Positions 9,720-21,484 of a stretch of DNA of 32,000 nt are shown piece by piece. The stretch is from Mycobacterium leprae TN (GTDB taxonomy: Bacteria; Actinomycetota; Actinomycetes; Mycobacteriales; Mycobacteriaceae), in the NCBI RefSeq assembly GCF_000195855.1, contig NC_002677.1:1290001-1322000 (forward strand), in the 5' to 3' direction. The stretch's first letter is position 1, and every line of letters begins with the position of its first letter. The translations under genes and the position numbers were made by a program. Under the pieces are notes generated by a model. It searched no databases, had not been told where the DNA came from, and saw nothing but the letters and a program-made list of their open reading frames with translations.

Positions 9720-11393
9720 TCAGTTCTGCATGAATCCGATGGCGGTGTAGTTCAGGTCGCCGAAGCCGGCCGCGCCAAAGTTGGCCAGCGTGCTGCGTAC
9801 GGCGACGTCGCCCGGAGATTGGGTGAGCGGCAAGCTGAACCCTTCGGCCCAGAGCAGCTTGTCGACTTCGTTGGCCAACGCGCGCGCCTTAGCGGGATCT
9901 AGTTCGGCCAGCGTTCGCTCGATCGCGGCGTCTACTGCCGGGCTACTGATCTTGCCGAAATTGCTCTCTCCGTCGGATTGATAAATCTGGGTGAGCGCTG
10001 ACAGTGGGAATGCGTCGCCGACCCAGCCGAACTGCACGATATCGAAAGCTCCCACGTTGACGTAGTTGGTGAAGAAGCCGCTGCCGGCTTTGGCTTGGAG
10101 TTCAAGTTTGACGCCGATTTGCGCGAGGCTGTGCTGGGCGAGCTGAGCAAACTCTCGGCTGCCTTGCGCATCGTAGAACAGATAGCGGATGACTAGTTGA
10201 CGGCCGTCCTTCTCCCGGAATTGACCATTGAGCTTCCAGCCCAGGGCATCGAGCTCGTGTTGCGCCTGCTCCGGGTCGTAGCCGACAACGCCACTGTTGT
10301 CCTGGTAGCCTTCCTGCCCGTCGACGTAGACGTGGTTGTTCAACGGCTCGGGATTGTTGGCTAAGCCGTACTGAACTACCTTGGCGATGGTCCGCCGGTC
10401 GATGCCTTTGGACACTGCGAGGCGCAGCCCTTGGTCGGCTAGGATGGACCCAACGGCTCCGTTGAAGGTGAAGTGAGACCAGCGGGGGGCCGGGGTGCGC
10501 CGGATAGAGATGCCGTTGGTGCGCTGTGCGGTGGTCAGCTGGTCTAGCGTGCCGACTCCGGTCGCATCGATCGTGTTGTTTTGCAACGCTGGTAGCCGTG
10601 CGGCGTCATCGAGGACCAAGTAGGTAATGCTGTCCAGGCGGGGTGGTGTCCCCCACCATTTCGGGTTGTGGGTCAACACGATTCGTTGTGTGGTTCGATC
10701 CAGTGATGACACAATAAACGGACCGGCTGACGGGCCTGGTCTGTCGAGCTGGCCCTTGTTGAACGCTTCGGGTGTGGCGGTCATTGTGGCGGGCAGCAGC
10801 ATGCCATTACCGGCGAACATGCCGCGCCATTCGGCGTATGGCTGGGCGAAGGTCACGATGGCCTGCCGATCGTTGGCGCCGGGGCGTATTGATGCTACTC
10901 GCTCGCAGCCGTTGGTTCCGGCGATCTCGAATGCTTTATTCTTGCCGCTATTGGCGTGGATCTGGCGGTCGATGTCTCTCCAAGTGATCGGCGTGCCGTC
11001 GGACCAGACCGCCTTTGGATTGATGGTGTAGGTGACCACTTGCGGGGAAGTGCTAGTGAGTTTGATGCTGGTGAAGTAGTTGGTGTCGACAGTCGTCGAA
11101 CCGTCAGTACCGATGATGAACGCTCGTGGCATGGTGGCCTTCATCATTGAGGTGACCTCGGCGTTGTTGCCATCGATGTGCAGGATGTTGAAGTTTGCCG
11201 GGAAGTCGGTCAGTGCCAGCCGCAAGTTTCCGCCATCTTTTAGCGTGGCCGGATCCTGGGGGTTGATATCGCTGGTTTTGCCGAGCGCAGCGTTACTTGC
11301 TGCAGAGGGGACAAGGCGGTTGCTTGCGGAGCATCCGGTCAGGATCAGGCCGACCACCAGCAACGCCGCGACGATCCTGCTAAGCATAATCAC
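9720..11393 (-). CDS. oppA: Oligo/dipeptide ABC transporter substrate-binding lipoprotein (Rv1280c-like)
   Basis: Intact 557-aa ORF; signal peptide with lipobox LILTGC; SBP family 5 features (...[21 protein letters not shown]..., ...[19 protein letters not shown]...). Confidence 0.9.
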   Translation of the reverse strand: MIMLSRIVAALLVVGLILTGCSASNRLVPSAASNAALGKTSDINPQDPATLKDGGNLRLALTDFPANFNILHIDGNNAEVTSMMKATMPRAFIIGTDGSTTVDTNYFTSIKLTSTSPQVVTYTINPKAVWSDGTPITWRDIDRQIHANSGKNKAFEIAGTNGCERVASIRPGANDRQAIVTFAQPYAEWRGMFAGNGMLLPATMTATPEAFNKGQLDRPGPSAGPFIVSSLDRTTQRIVLTHNPKWWGTPPRLDSITYLVLDDAARLPALQNNTIDATGVGTLDQLTTAQRTNGISIRRTPAPRWSHFTFNGAVGSILADQGLRLAVSKGIDRRTIAKVVQYGLANNPEPLNNHVYVDGQEGYQDNSGVVGYDPEQAQHELDALGWKLNGQFREKDGRQLVIRYLFYDAQGSREFAQLAQHSLAQIGVKLELQAKAGSGFFTNYVNVGAFDIVQFGWVGDAFPLSALTQIYQSDGESNFGKISSPAVDAAIERTLAELDPAKARALANEVDKLLWAEGFSLPLTQSPGDVAVRSTLANFGAAGFGDLNYTAIGFMQN

Positions 11394-13219
11394 CCGACCT
11401 CTGGTCGTGGTATCGCGCCCAGCAGCCGCCGCGTGTAATCGTGCTGCGGATTGCGGAAGACATCGTGGCTGTCGCCTTGCTCGACAATGGTACCGGCGAG
11501 CATCACGGCGACTTGATGTGCGAGATGTTTAATCACCGAAAGGTCGTGGGAAACAAACAGGTACGACAGTCCTAACCGGTCTTGGAGGTCAAGTAACAGG
11601 TTGATGATGCCAGCTTGGATAGATACGTCGAGTGCGGACACCGGTTCGTCGAATGCCAGAATTTTGGGCTGCAATGCCAGCGCTCGCGCGATACCGATGC
11701 GCTGCTTCTGTCCTCCGGAGAACTCAGTAGGATAACGAGTTGCGTCGTCGCGGCGCAATCCCACAATGTCGAGCAGCTCAGCGACACGCATTTGAGTATA
11801 ATTCTTGCTGAAACCATTTGCGTGCAAAGGCTCGGCGATTAGTTCGAAGACTGGTAGTCGCGGGTCCAGCGACGCGACTGGGTCTTGGAACACAACTTGG
11901 ATGTTGCGTCGCATCGATCGTCGGCTTGCCCGGTTGAGGGTGGCTACATCGATGCCAAGCACTTCGATCGATCCTGATTGTGGTACAGCGAGTCTTAGGA
12001 TCTCGTGCAGAGTCGTCGACTTACCTGATCCGGATTCACCTACGATGCCAAGGGTGCGACCCTGTTGCAGCTCGAAACTTACACCGTTGACTGCGCGGAT
12101 TTCGCCGATAGCGCGGCGCAACCCCACACCCTTAGTTAGCCGGTATGTTTTCACTAGATCCCGTACCCGCACCACGACCGATGAATCGCTGGTTGCTGAT
12201 GTGCGAGTGTCGGTGTTGATGCCGTAGATGTCGGCGGCACTACGCCCGCTGACCTGGTCGGTGCGGATGCAGGCTGTGCGGTGACCAGCCCTGACTTCGA
12301 CCAATTCTGGTTCGCGCAATCTGCATTCGTCGACTACCAGTGGGCAGCGCGGTGCGAATGGGCATTCTTGCTGGAGGCCGGCCAACGAAGGGGGCGCACC
12401 GGGGATTGGAACTAGCCGGGTTCCCTGTGTAGCGTCCAACCGAGGTACCGAGCCCAACAGCCCTACGGTGTAGGGCATCTGGCGCTCCCGGTAGAGGGTA
12501 CTTACTTGGGCTGACTCGACGACTCGGCCGGCGTACATTACCAGCGCTTGGTCGGCGAACTCGGTGACCACACCGAGGTCATGGGTTATGATGAGCACAC
12601 CGGCGCCAGTGACGTCGCGCGCCGTCTTGAGCACTTCTAGGATCTGTGCTTGCACGGTGACGTCCAGCGCGGTGGTGGGCTCGTCGCAGATCAGCAAATC
12701 GGGGTCGTTGGCGATAGCGGTGGCTATGACCACTCGTTGCCGTTCACCACCGGACAATTCGTGCGGAAAGGCGCGAGCGCGACGATCTGGCTGCGTAATT
12801 CCAACTAGCTCAAGCAGTTCCACGGCGCGTCGGTGGGCAGCTTTCTTTCCCACTCGCGGCTGGTGCACCTTGATTGCCTCGGTGATCTGGTCACCAACGG
12901 TGTAGACCGGGGTTAGCGCAGACATCGGATCTTGGAACACGGTGCCAATCGCTTTGCCGCGAAACCGCGACATTGTCTTGTCGGCGAGTCCTACGAGTTC
13001 GGTGTTGTGTAGCCTAACCGAACCGCGCACCTGAGCGTATTCCGGAAGCAAGCCCACTACCGCCATCGCCGCCGCGGACTTACCCGAACCCGATTCACCG
13101 ACCATGGCTACAACTTCTCCGGCGTTGATGCGATAGCTGATGCCGCGCACCGCGGTCACTGGTTCGCCATTTGTTTCGAACGTGACGGCCAGGTCAGTTA
13201 CTTCCAGTAGAGGGCTCAT
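11390..13219 (-). CDS. oppD: Double-ATPase-domain peptide ABC transporter ATP-binding protein (Rv1281c-like)
   Basis: Two Walker A motifs (GESGSGKS at each half) and two signatures ([24 protein letters not shown]). Start set at ATG 13219 ([14 protein letters not shown]), which overlaps the oppC stop by 4 nt. Confidence 0.9.
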   Translation of the reverse strand: MSPLLEVTDLAVTFETNGEPVTAVRGISYRINAGEVVAMVGESGSGKSAAAMAVVGLLPEYAQVRGSVRLHNTELVGLADKTMSRFRGKAIGTVFQDPMSALTPVYTVGDQITEAIKVHQPRVGKKAAHRRAVELLELVGITQPDRRARAFPHELSGGERQRVVIATAIANDPDLLICDEPTTALDVTVQAQILEVLKTARDVTGAGVLIITHDLGVVTEFADQALVMYAGRVVESAQVSTLYRERQMPYTVGLLGSVPRLDATQGTRLVPIPGAPPSLAGLQQECPFAPRCPLVVDECRLREPELVEVRAGHRTACIRTDQVSGRSAADIYGINTDTRTSATSDSSVVVRVRDLVKTYRLTKGVGLRRAIGEIRAVNGVSFELQQGRTLGIVGESGSGKSTTLHEILRLAVPQSGSIEVLGIDVATLNRASRRSMRRNIQVVFQDPVASLDPRLPVFELIAEPLHANGFSKNYTQMRVAELLDIVGLRRDDATRYPTEFSGGQKQRIGIARALALQPKILAFDEPVSALDVSIQAGIINLLLDLQDRLGLSYLFVSHDLSVIKHLAHQVAVMLAGTIVEQGDSHDVFRNPQHDYTRRLLGAIPRPEVG

Positions 13220-14115
13220 CGCCGTAGGTGCTTGCTGACCGGGTCGAACGCATCGCGCAAACCATCGCCGGTAAGGTTGGCGCAAACCAGAATTACCACC
13301 AACACGCCGGCTGGAAACAAGAACACCCAAGGGAACGTGGTTGCGGACTGAGTGCCGTTGGCGATCAAAGTCCCTAAAGATACATCCGGCGGCTTAATGC
13401 CGAAACCGAGAAAGCTCAAACCAGTTTCGGCCAGGATGGCGGAGCCCACGTTGAGTGTGGCGTCGATAATCAAGATTGATGCCACGTTGGGTACCACGTG
13501 GCCAACGATCATACGACGGCTGGAGACGCCCATATACTTACCGGCACGGATGAATTCGCTTTTGCGCAAGCTCATGGTCATGCCGCGCACCATGCGAGAG
13601 CTGACCATCCAGCCAAAGCCGGCCAGTAGCAGAACGAGCAGCATAATGTTGTCCGAACTCTTGGTTTGGGGTGACATGATGGCGATGAGGACGAAACTGG
13701 GCACCACCAGCAATAGGTCGACCACCCACATCAGCACCCGATCCCGCCAGCGCCCGAAATAACCCGCGATCGACCCTACGGTGGCGGCGATGCTGGTCGA
13801 TATAAGCGCCACACAGACACCGATCAACATAGATTTCTGCATTCCACGCAGTGTCTGTGCCAACAAGTCTTGCCCCAGCGCGTTAGTGCCCAGCCAGTGC
13901 CGGGTGTTCGGCGGCTGCAGCAGCGCGTTGAAATCAAGATCGTCGTAGGAATAGGGCAGCAGCGACGGCAGCAAATAGCAGGCGACGAACAGCAGTACTA
14001 ACAGCATTAGAGACACCGACGCGGTTCGGTTGTGCGCAAACCGGCGCAGCACCAAGGTTTTCCGAGAAGCGAAATTTGTTTTCTCCGAAATGGATAGGCC
14101 CTCGGTGAGGGTCAC
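13216..14115 (-). CDS. oppC: Peptide ABC transporter permease (Rv1282c-like)
   Basis: Intact 299-aa ORF; [23 protein letters not shown]_transp_1-like loop [25 protein letters not shown]. Confidence 0.9.
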   Translation of the reverse strand: MTLTEGLSISEKTNFASRKTLVLRRFAHNRTASVSLMLLVLLFVACYLLPSLLPYSYDDLDFNALLQPPNTRHWLGTNALGQDLLAQTLRGMQKSMLIGVCVALISTSIAATVGSIAGYFGRWRDRVLMWVVDLLLVVPSFVLIAIMSPQTKSSDNIMLLVLLLAGFGWMVSSRMVRGMTMSLRKSEFIRAGKYMGVSSRRMIVGHVVPNVASILIIDATLNVGSAILAETGLSFLGFGIKPPDVSLGTLIANGTQSATTFPWVFLFPAGVLVVILVCANLTGDGLRDAFDPVSKHLRR

Positions 14116-15089
14116 GAAACTCGGACCCGCGGATCAAGTGCTGCATAGATGACATCGGAGAGCAGGCCGGCTAGCAGTATGACCGTGCCGAAGAAGATCG
14201 TGATGGCCGCGATGATATTGGTGTCCTGAGTAGCGACACCCTGCACCATCCATTCACCCATGCCGTGCCAGCCGAAGATCTTCTCGACGAACAAGGCTCC
14301 GGTGACCAGCCCGGCGACCCCATAAGCGAACAGGGTAGCCATCGGGATTAGTGCGGTGCGCAATCCGTGTTTCAGCAGTGCGCGTCGACGAGTGAGTCCT
14401 TTGGCGCGGGCCGCCCGAATGAAATCCTGGCTGAGGACGTCGAGCATCGCGTTGCGCTGATATCGGCTGTATCCAGCGGCACCAACCAGCGCCAGCGTTA
14501 GCGTGGGTAGGATCAAATGCCGCAACCGGTCGATTACGTGAGCCCACGCCCCACCGTAGACGCCTGGCGACGTTTCTCCGGTGTAGTCGAAGAGTTGGAT
14601 GCCAAAGGCCCAGTTCACCCGCAGCGCGCTTAAGATCAACAGGTTGGCGATCACGAATGTCGGTGTGCTGAGCACCAGCAACGCCAGTAAGGTGACCACG
14701 CGGTCGCTGAGTTGGTACTGGCGGATAGCGCCCCATGCTCCGGCCGTCACGCCCAGTACCGTGCCTGTCAAGGAGCCAATGATCAGCAACCGCAGGCTGA
14801 CTCCAACACGACGGCCCAGCGTAGAGCCCACCGGTTGTCCGGTGATGGTGGTGCCGAAATCGCCGCGTATGGCGTGCGACGCCCAGTTTGCGTAGCGAAT
14901 CGGTATGGGCTTGTCCAAGCCGAGTGCATGGGCCTTGGCGTCAACCATGGCTTGCGGCGGGTGGGGACTGCGCTGCAGCAGGCTGTCCAGCGGCGCGAAA
15001 GCCATTGAAGTTAGGCAGTAGGTCAGAAACGATGCCAGCGCTAGCAGCACGACGTAGTTGAGTAATCGGCGCGCCAAAAAGCGCATCAT
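14112..15089 (-). CDS. oppB: Peptide ABC transporter permease (Rv1283c-like)
   Basis: Intact 325-aa ORF; MMRFLARRLLNYVVLLALASFLTY..., LTLALVGAAGYSRYQRNAMLDVLSQDFIRAARAKGL permease motif. Confidence 0.9.
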   Translation of the reverse strand: MMRFLARRLLNYVVLLALASFLTYCLTSMAFAPLDSLLQRSPHPPQAMVDAKAHALGLDKPIPIRYANWASHAIRGDFGTTITGQPVGSTLGRRVGVSLRLLIIGSLTGTVLGVTAGAWGAIRQYQLSDRVVTLLALLVLSTPTFVIANLLILSALRVNWAFGIQLFDYTGETSPGVYGGAWAHVIDRLRHLILPTLTLALVGAAGYSRYQRNAMLDVLSQDFIRAARAKGLTRRRALLKHGLRTALIPMATLFAYGVAGLVTGALFVEKIFGWHGMGEWMVQGVATQDTNIIAAITIFFGTVILLAGLLSDVIYAALDPRVRVS

Positions 15090-15327
15090 GGCTGATCATC
15101 CCGCTCGTGTCGCATTGGTACAGATTAGCGAGTTAACAGGAATATAGTGACATCGCACAGCACTGCTGTAGTGGCCGGCGTCGCGCAGCACGACGGTGCC
15201 CCAGGCTGGACCATTCTAATCGAGCTGATGCTCATGCGTGAAATCCGAGTAATCAATTGTTAAAATCTATAGCGACATTGATCAGTATAGCAAATTCCAT
15301 ACTGCGATGCTAGAAGAAGTTTGCATG

Positions 15328-15779
15328 ATGGCTACTAGATGATTATCTGGCTAACAATGTTAAATGTGCGAGCATCCTCTTAAGGTCGCTTCCGATGCTG
15401 TCGAGCAAACATGTCGCAGTGGTCGCATGTATGGATACGCGGCTTGACGTCTACCGCCTGCTGGCCCTCAACGAGGAGAGGCCCACGTCATCCGCTCGCT
15501 GGCTATCAGCCAGCGATTGCTCGGAACTCGGGAGATCATCCTGATTCACCACACCGACTGTGGGATGCTTACCTTCATCGATAATTTCAAGCACGTTATC
15601 CAGGACGAGACTGGATGTAAAACCGTCATGGGCGGCCGAGGCCTTCCCCGATGTAAAGGCAGACGTCTGCCAGGTCGTTGCTCCGCATCTGGGACAGTCC
15701 ATTTGTGACCAAACATGTGTTCTTGCGTGGTTTTGTTTCGACGTCCCCAGCGGCAAACCCAATGAGGTTACGCTTTAGT
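15328..15779 (+). pseudogene. Decayed beta-carbonic anhydrase (Rv1284/canA-like)
   Basis: Frameshifted fragments: DDYLANNV...; [24 protein letters not shown]; GEAHVIR|[40 protein letters not shown] (zinc-ligand regions CMDxR and HTDCG); then [33 protein letters not shown]. Confidence 0.85.
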
Positions 15780-17120
15780 CCGCAACGATAGAGCCCGAAT
15801 AGCGGGGCGGAGCAAGCCAAGAAAATTTCTTCGATATTGCCTTCAGGATTGTATTATCCCTAAGCTACTACAATCCAGACGGCAATCTCGTCAATTGTTT
15901 GAATCCGTTTGATCTGTAGTGCGGCAACCGTACCAATTGATTACGCTCGGCAAGCGTGGATCACTAAGCCGGCCCATGCGTCAGCTGACCGTATAGATGG
16001 CAAGCGCCTTGGCGAGCAGTTTGGCCTTGTGGTTGACCAATGACCGGCCAAGCCGCAATATCTGGCCACTCTGATTACATCGGTGACTCGTGCTGGCGCA
16101 ATTAAAGTCCAGTGTCATCGCCACCGTCCACGCCTTGGAGTTCAGGGGGGCTGCGCCACATCAGGCTGCCACCATGACGGTCAGATTGGCTAGGGTGGCG
16201 ATGGCGTCGTCATGAAACCGTTGAGCTAATAGTTTTGAGTGGTAGCGTCGCGGCCAACATGCGAAATAACATCGACTTGGCATCGTCGCATAGGATGTGC
16301 GTAGCATCGAGCGCTCGCCGCAGTGGCGGCCGATGTGAACGTTGCGTGGTTCGTCGTGCAATCGATGCTGCGACTGGCCATCTCGTCTGCGGTGCTGCTC
16401 ATTGCGGTCCAATTACTACCGCGCACCGGCAAATCCCGTTCCGGACAAGTCACCACTTCGCTTTACGGGGGTCCTTGCCATGAGTCACTGCCACAGGTGT
16501 AAGCTCAACGTAAATCTCATGTAGGGTCTTGTTATATGGCGCCTCGGCACACGATCACGAATTCGATGCCGGCTGCTTTAACGGGTGGGTGGTTTGGACT
16601 GGACATCTCTCGACGATTGACGGTGCCGCTACGTCGCGGGTTGCGCTAAGGTCGTTATTGGCAGCTACCGCTTCGTGCAGCAAGTCGTTAGCCAGTCGGC
16701 CACTACCGCACGTTCGAATTGGCTTTCCTTGCTAGCCAACATTTCGATATTTATCCCGTCTTCCCTTGCGCAAATGACGACGAGCTCCTGACGATCCCAG
16801 CGTCAACCGGTTCGACTGCAATGGTGATCGTGACAACGTGCGCCGGGGTGATTCATTTCGTCGACGATAGTCTTCGTCAGCGCTTCAGTACTGCTAACGA
16901 CGATATACTGCATGGTCCATGCTCTCAATATATTTCACCGGAAAACTGATCATGACCGAATTGCCGATACTGTCCTCGTGCTCGCCATTCCACGATGCCT
17001 ATGTCCTCCTGTATGAGCGTCAACTTTTGCCGATAACGACTTCTATCACGATGGCGTCACGAAGATCAACACTGAAATTTCGCAAGAGGAATCGTGGTGC
17101 ACATGACCTGGCCGGATGAT

Positions 17121-17601
17121 ATGCAATACTCAAGCTATTCCCACAGTCCAATACGGCCATAGAAGTACCGATACGCTACCCCTAATCCAGTCTATGACCT
17201 TATCATCGACATCACCCGGATGATCGAGTGGAGCCCGGAGTGTTATCGGTGCGAGTAGCTGTACGGGGCCACTACGGTGGCCCCGGGAGCTCGATTTTGC
17301 AGGTACAACCGGCTCGGCCGGGTGAAATGTGAAAGAACTGTAGTAATTAGCTACCCGAACCGGGGTCGAGAATTCACCGTCACGACCGTCAACTACGGCA
17401 CGGGTCGTGAAGAAACGCGTTGACGCTACACGATGGAGTTGTCATCCTTCGGAACGTTGCTCACCGAATCTTTTCAGTTTCTTTGGTGCTTGGTGCCAAA
17501 ACAGGCTGGCTAAAGAGCTTATTCCCAGAGGTTGTTCAGTCAACCTAGGCATCGAAGAGACGCTCCGGCGCATCAAGCGCGTCGCCGAGTCATCGGCATG
17601 A
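17121..17601 (+). pseudogene. Decayed SRPBCC / polyketide cyclase-like protein
   Basis: NPVYDLIIDITRMIEWSPECYRCEWLYGATTVAPGARF; then PNRGREFTVTTVNYGTG...; GTLLTESFQFLW; and C-terminal NLGIEETLRRIKRVAESSA in another frame, with stops and frameshifts between. Confidence 0.72.
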
Positions 17602-17714
17602 TTCGGTGCAGGTAACTACTATCTGACGTGTCTAGGATCGAATAGGTCGGGTCTAGTAAGATCTATTGGACCCCTTACGGTGGTGCTGCGCCAGGACGAC
17701 AGCCTTTTCTCGGA

Positions 17715-18155
17715 TGGTGCCCCAGTATCTACGGCGTAGTGTATAAGTCGACATACGCGTTGGTGATGCCCTACGACGGGCATCGTTTCCAGTCGGTTGA
17801 GCAGTTACGGTATCCAGTCGGCGCCTGGCGCTGGGAGGTTCCTCAGGGCACCGCTTCCGATCTGACGGACTTCGAGCGGGTCAAGCGTGAGCTACGTGAG
17901 GAGACTCGATTACACTCGACATTGTTCGAGACACTCGGCCAGCTTGACACCGCGCTTGGAAAAACTAGTCAGCGTGGGTGGGTAGTTTTTGACCACCGGG
18001 ATCTCCGAGAGAGCAGCGGAGCGCGAGCACGAGGAACAGGATCATAGGCAGTGCCTGGTTCTCTCGCGGTGATGTCGAGCAGATGATTCACTCGGAAGTG
18101 ATCGTTGATGCATGGTCAATTGTGGCCTACGTCCTTTTCCCGCTGAGCGGGCGAT
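17715..18155 (+). pseudogene. Decayed Nudix hydrolase
   Basis: TYALVMPYDGHRFQSVEQLRYPVGAWRWEVPQGTASDLTDFERVKRELREETRL (degenerate Nudix box), LGQLDTALG, then frameshifted ...AWFSRGDVEQMIHSEVIVDAWSIVAYVLFPL. Confidence 0.78.
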
Positions 18156-18256
18156 GATTTCTAGGGACCGGTGTTGGTCAACACCGGCATGACGATCACA
18201 CTGCGCAATGCTCGACGGGTGCTGGGTGCCGACGATTAAATTGGGGGGTCCGCAAT

Positions 18257-18560
18257 GTTACACGATGTGGCTTACCACGACCAAGCCTGACGGCAATCCA
18301 CATGTGACGCTGTTAAGGGGTTCAACGCGGTGGATCCTGGTACTTCACCTCCACCGATGTAGGCATTAGATTGCTTCGTTGAAGCTTTTGTCAGCGACGG
18401 ATGGCGTGTTGAGGTTGCCTGCGACGCGCTCACGGTCCAGTACGGTGCGCCGTAGGCTAGGCCGGGGCCGTGGTACGCCCTATCAGCTAAAGTTGTAGAC
18501 AGTGTTCGTCCTTGGCATGTCTGGAGCCCTTTAAGGCCACAAAGTTTCAGTTGGGCTGAG
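18257..18560 (+). pseudogene. Decayed pyridoxamine 5'-phosphate oxidase-like (FMN/F420-binding split barrel) protein
   Basis: Fragments CYTMWLTTTKPDGNPHVTLL and, later, DGWRVEVACDALTVQYGAP*ARPGPWYALSAKVV...ATKFQ, with frame changes. Confidence 0.5.
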
Positions 18561-19297
18561 CTAGCTCGAGCTACCACAGCGCGATCGTGTTTGTGCTTAT
18601 TGCTGATATTTCCTTGCGTCATCGAACCCGCACCTTCAACACGATGGATCCACGATCGAGGTGTGCAACTCAGTTGGTTGCGGTGCTCAGCGCAATGGCA
18701 ATCACGACCTTTGTTGCCCTAGTGGTTACGGTACATGCAGCGATGGTGTCTTGGAATGGCAAATACTCGTTGGTGAAGGTGAGTTCTTAACAAGATCAGC
18801 ACCAGTGGCGTTGCCAGCCAAGCCAAACCCACTTTCAGTATTTTAACACCGTGTCCGGCAGATAGGTGCTTAGCTACTGCGATCGACAGACCTACTCCGA
18901 AAACCCGAGGTTACCCACTCTGTCTCGCTTTAGCTGGGACGAAATCAGATGGGTTGGGCACTTCGAGTTCCGGTGGGATTGCTACATGGGAGAAGGTATT
19001 CCGAAGGTGTGACAACTCGTGAAGTCGTGGGCGTTCTATACGCCGCAGCTCGATGGGTCGTTGCGTGGTATCCTGCACACCAGCAATTTACAATCGACCG
19101 TGTTGTGAATCCGCTGAAATGCTTGTGGTGGTGTTTTCTGCGGAGTCTCGATATAATTGTGCTTCCGGTAGCTATTGCGAGGTGAACTTAGGCGACTTGG
19201 TGGTGGCGCTGCTATTGGCGTCGATACCAGAATTAGCACTGGTCCTTGACGAATTTTCAAAAAATACTTGACGCAGTGTTCGCGGTACTAGCTGATA

Positions 19298-19326
19298 CGA
19301 CCGGTCCTCGTGTCGAGGACCGGTCG
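19298..19326. repeat. Perfect inverted repeat: 13-bp stem, 3-nt loop
   Basis: cgaccggtcctcg-tgt-cgaggaccggtcg. Confidence 0.93.
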
Positions 19327-19448
19327 CGAATTGCTTGGTTGGTTCCAGAATTAACACACCGATGGATATACGAAACCGATAATTTCACGTGATATACATG
19401 ATTCCAATCTGCTGAACTGAGCCATAACATGGAGTCATTGGACCGGTT

Positions 19449-19475
19449 CAAGACGAAATCGTCGATTTCGTCTTG
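19449..19475. repeat. Perfect inverted repeat: 12-bp stem, 3-nt loop
   Basis: caagacgaaatc-gtc-gatttcgtcttg. Confidence 0.93.
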
Positions 19476-19543
19476 CAAGGAAGCGCACTCTGTTAATGAT
19501 GCGACCAGCTGAGCAAGCTCGTAACGTACCGTAGCCCCCTTTC

Positions 19544-19554
19544 GGGGGGGGGGG
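19544..19554. repeat. G11 homopolymer tract
   Basis: Direct read: ccccctttc followed by 11 consecutive G, then tatact. Confidence 0.9.
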
Positions 19555-19574
19555 TATACTCACGGCCTGACTGC

Positions 19575-19868
19575 TTTCTTCAAAGAGAGTCGTTTCCCCG
19601 GTAACCGGTTGTCGGTGTTCCAGCTATGTGCCATACTACGAAATTGTTCTCAGCCGTTGTCGAATACTAGATTGTTGTTGACCGTCGCTCGGCACGGTCC
19701 AGGAGCATTGATGTTTTCTTGAGATAGTTGATGCACGTTTGCGGATGTGTCGGGCCTGGGGCCGTCGAAGTTGGTGATGCGACGCACATTGTCTACAGCG
19801 ACGATCAACGCGTCGGCGTCGGTGCTTGGTGTGGGTGCGGTGCTCGTCGCCATCGCTGCATTACGCAA
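19575..19868 (-). pseudogene. Decayed sensor-domain (PknH C-terminal domain-like) protein
   Basis: DALIVAVDNVRRITNFDGPRPDTSANVHQLSQENINAPGPCRATVNNNLVFDNG*EQFRSMAHS; the GPCRA...VF...QFRS pattern resembles mycobacterial PknH-like extracellular sensor domains. Confidence 0.4.
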
Positions 19869-21484
19869 TTCACCACACGAGGGACGTCGCGATCAATACA
19901 CAGCAGGCGATCAAGGCCAAGCACCCGGTTGTTCGGAAACTTACGTTCTAGCGTGTCCGCCTCAGGTGGAAATTGGTGTTGGCGGTCGCAGAATTCTCAG
20001 CATAACACAGGTAGGACCTGACCGAAAATACGGATCTCCCGTCATGTATGGACATACAGTTGTTAGGTTGACGTGCAGACAACGGGTTCATCTTCGCTCT
20101 GCATTAACAATGCGAAATATCTAGGCAAGTAAAGGATTCATCTTGTGGCTTGATCGTGACAATCCGCGCAGCCTGGCTTGTCTAGTCACAAACTGTCAAA
20201 CTCGGTGCCGACACAATGGCGATTGGATGCAATCCCGCCGACAGCCAACGTCGCCGCAGCAGATATCAACTTATAGTCAGCGATATGGACTGTGTTGTAC
20301 TGACCGGGTCTTGTGCAACAAGGTAAGCACCGAAGAGGGTTTTCTGGTACCAGAACAACCAGCTGGCTGTCGCACTTGACACGCTTGGCTAAGCACTCTC
20401 AGTAGGAATTAATTTGTACAGAAGTACAATTCGATATATAGCAACCTCGGATTTGTACGGAAATCCTGGCAGGAGCGTCCCGCGCAGCGACCATATTTCT
20501 CGGATCTACCCCGAAGTACTTTGACGTGGCTCGGTGACACCGTGGGCGGTAACCCGTCTGCATATCGCTGGTTCCGGTCAAAGTGCTACCTTATCAGCAG
20601 GTTTCGGCTTTATCACCCGAAGCGCTTGCACTCCATGGAGTGCGCCTAGATGTGGTGATGACCCCGCTGCCGCACGGAAAGAGGTGGTTCTGGCGAACAA
20701 ATCCACAAAGCGTGCATCGTCACTTCGGTTTCACTCGGCAACGATAAATACGAACAGGGTAAACGCTTAGAACTTGGGTTGAAAGCTAAATCTGTTCAAT
20801 CGCTGCAGTTTTCAGACTGCTTGCACTTTGCAGAACGAGTGGTCATGATCGTCCTCGGAAGGAAAATGGATTCCTCGCCAACCGATAGCTCACCGTGTCA
20901 GCTGTTCGCGCAGACGGCTCCGTTAGGGCCTGGGTTTCCTGGCTGAGCTCCGAGCCACCGAGACCGTCAGTGCCGACCGATGTACTGCCAAGGTTGTGAC
21001 TCCGGCGATACCTCACCGTATCAACGGCGCCTTCCTGTTCCACTAGGAAAACCAGCTGATGCCTCTCGTCCCACCACTGCTGCCGAGGCCACCTCCATGG
21101 TCCCGTTGGTAACTCAAACTGGCTCCAGCGTCGGCACCGGGGCACAGGTGTCGGCCTCACTTCTGCAGGAGGCACTGGCGGCGAAGATGCCAGCGCGACG
21201 TCTACCTTGCGGTACTAGCGTCAAGACTATAGGAGGTAACGGTCGCCATGCCCTGGCCCGATGGTTCGGCCACGTCGCCTGAGTGACCCGGCCCGTAAGA
21301 CATTGACAGGACAGCGACCAAACGGAGGGCGTGTGTGATGCCCCGGTGGCGGGTGGTGATCACTGTCGGCGGTCAGCGGCGGATGGTTACTGTTCGCGAT
21401 ACCAGGTCGACGAGTATCTATTTATCGCTAAAAACAGAAAGACAGACAACCGTCAATTTCACGTGAGCAGCGCTGGATGACTGA

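Noticed and set aside
14254-14736. 160-aa minus ORF within oppB, and the antisense ORFs at 11805..12227 and 13352..13762
   Set aside because: Alternate or antisense frames of conserved permease/ATPase genes.
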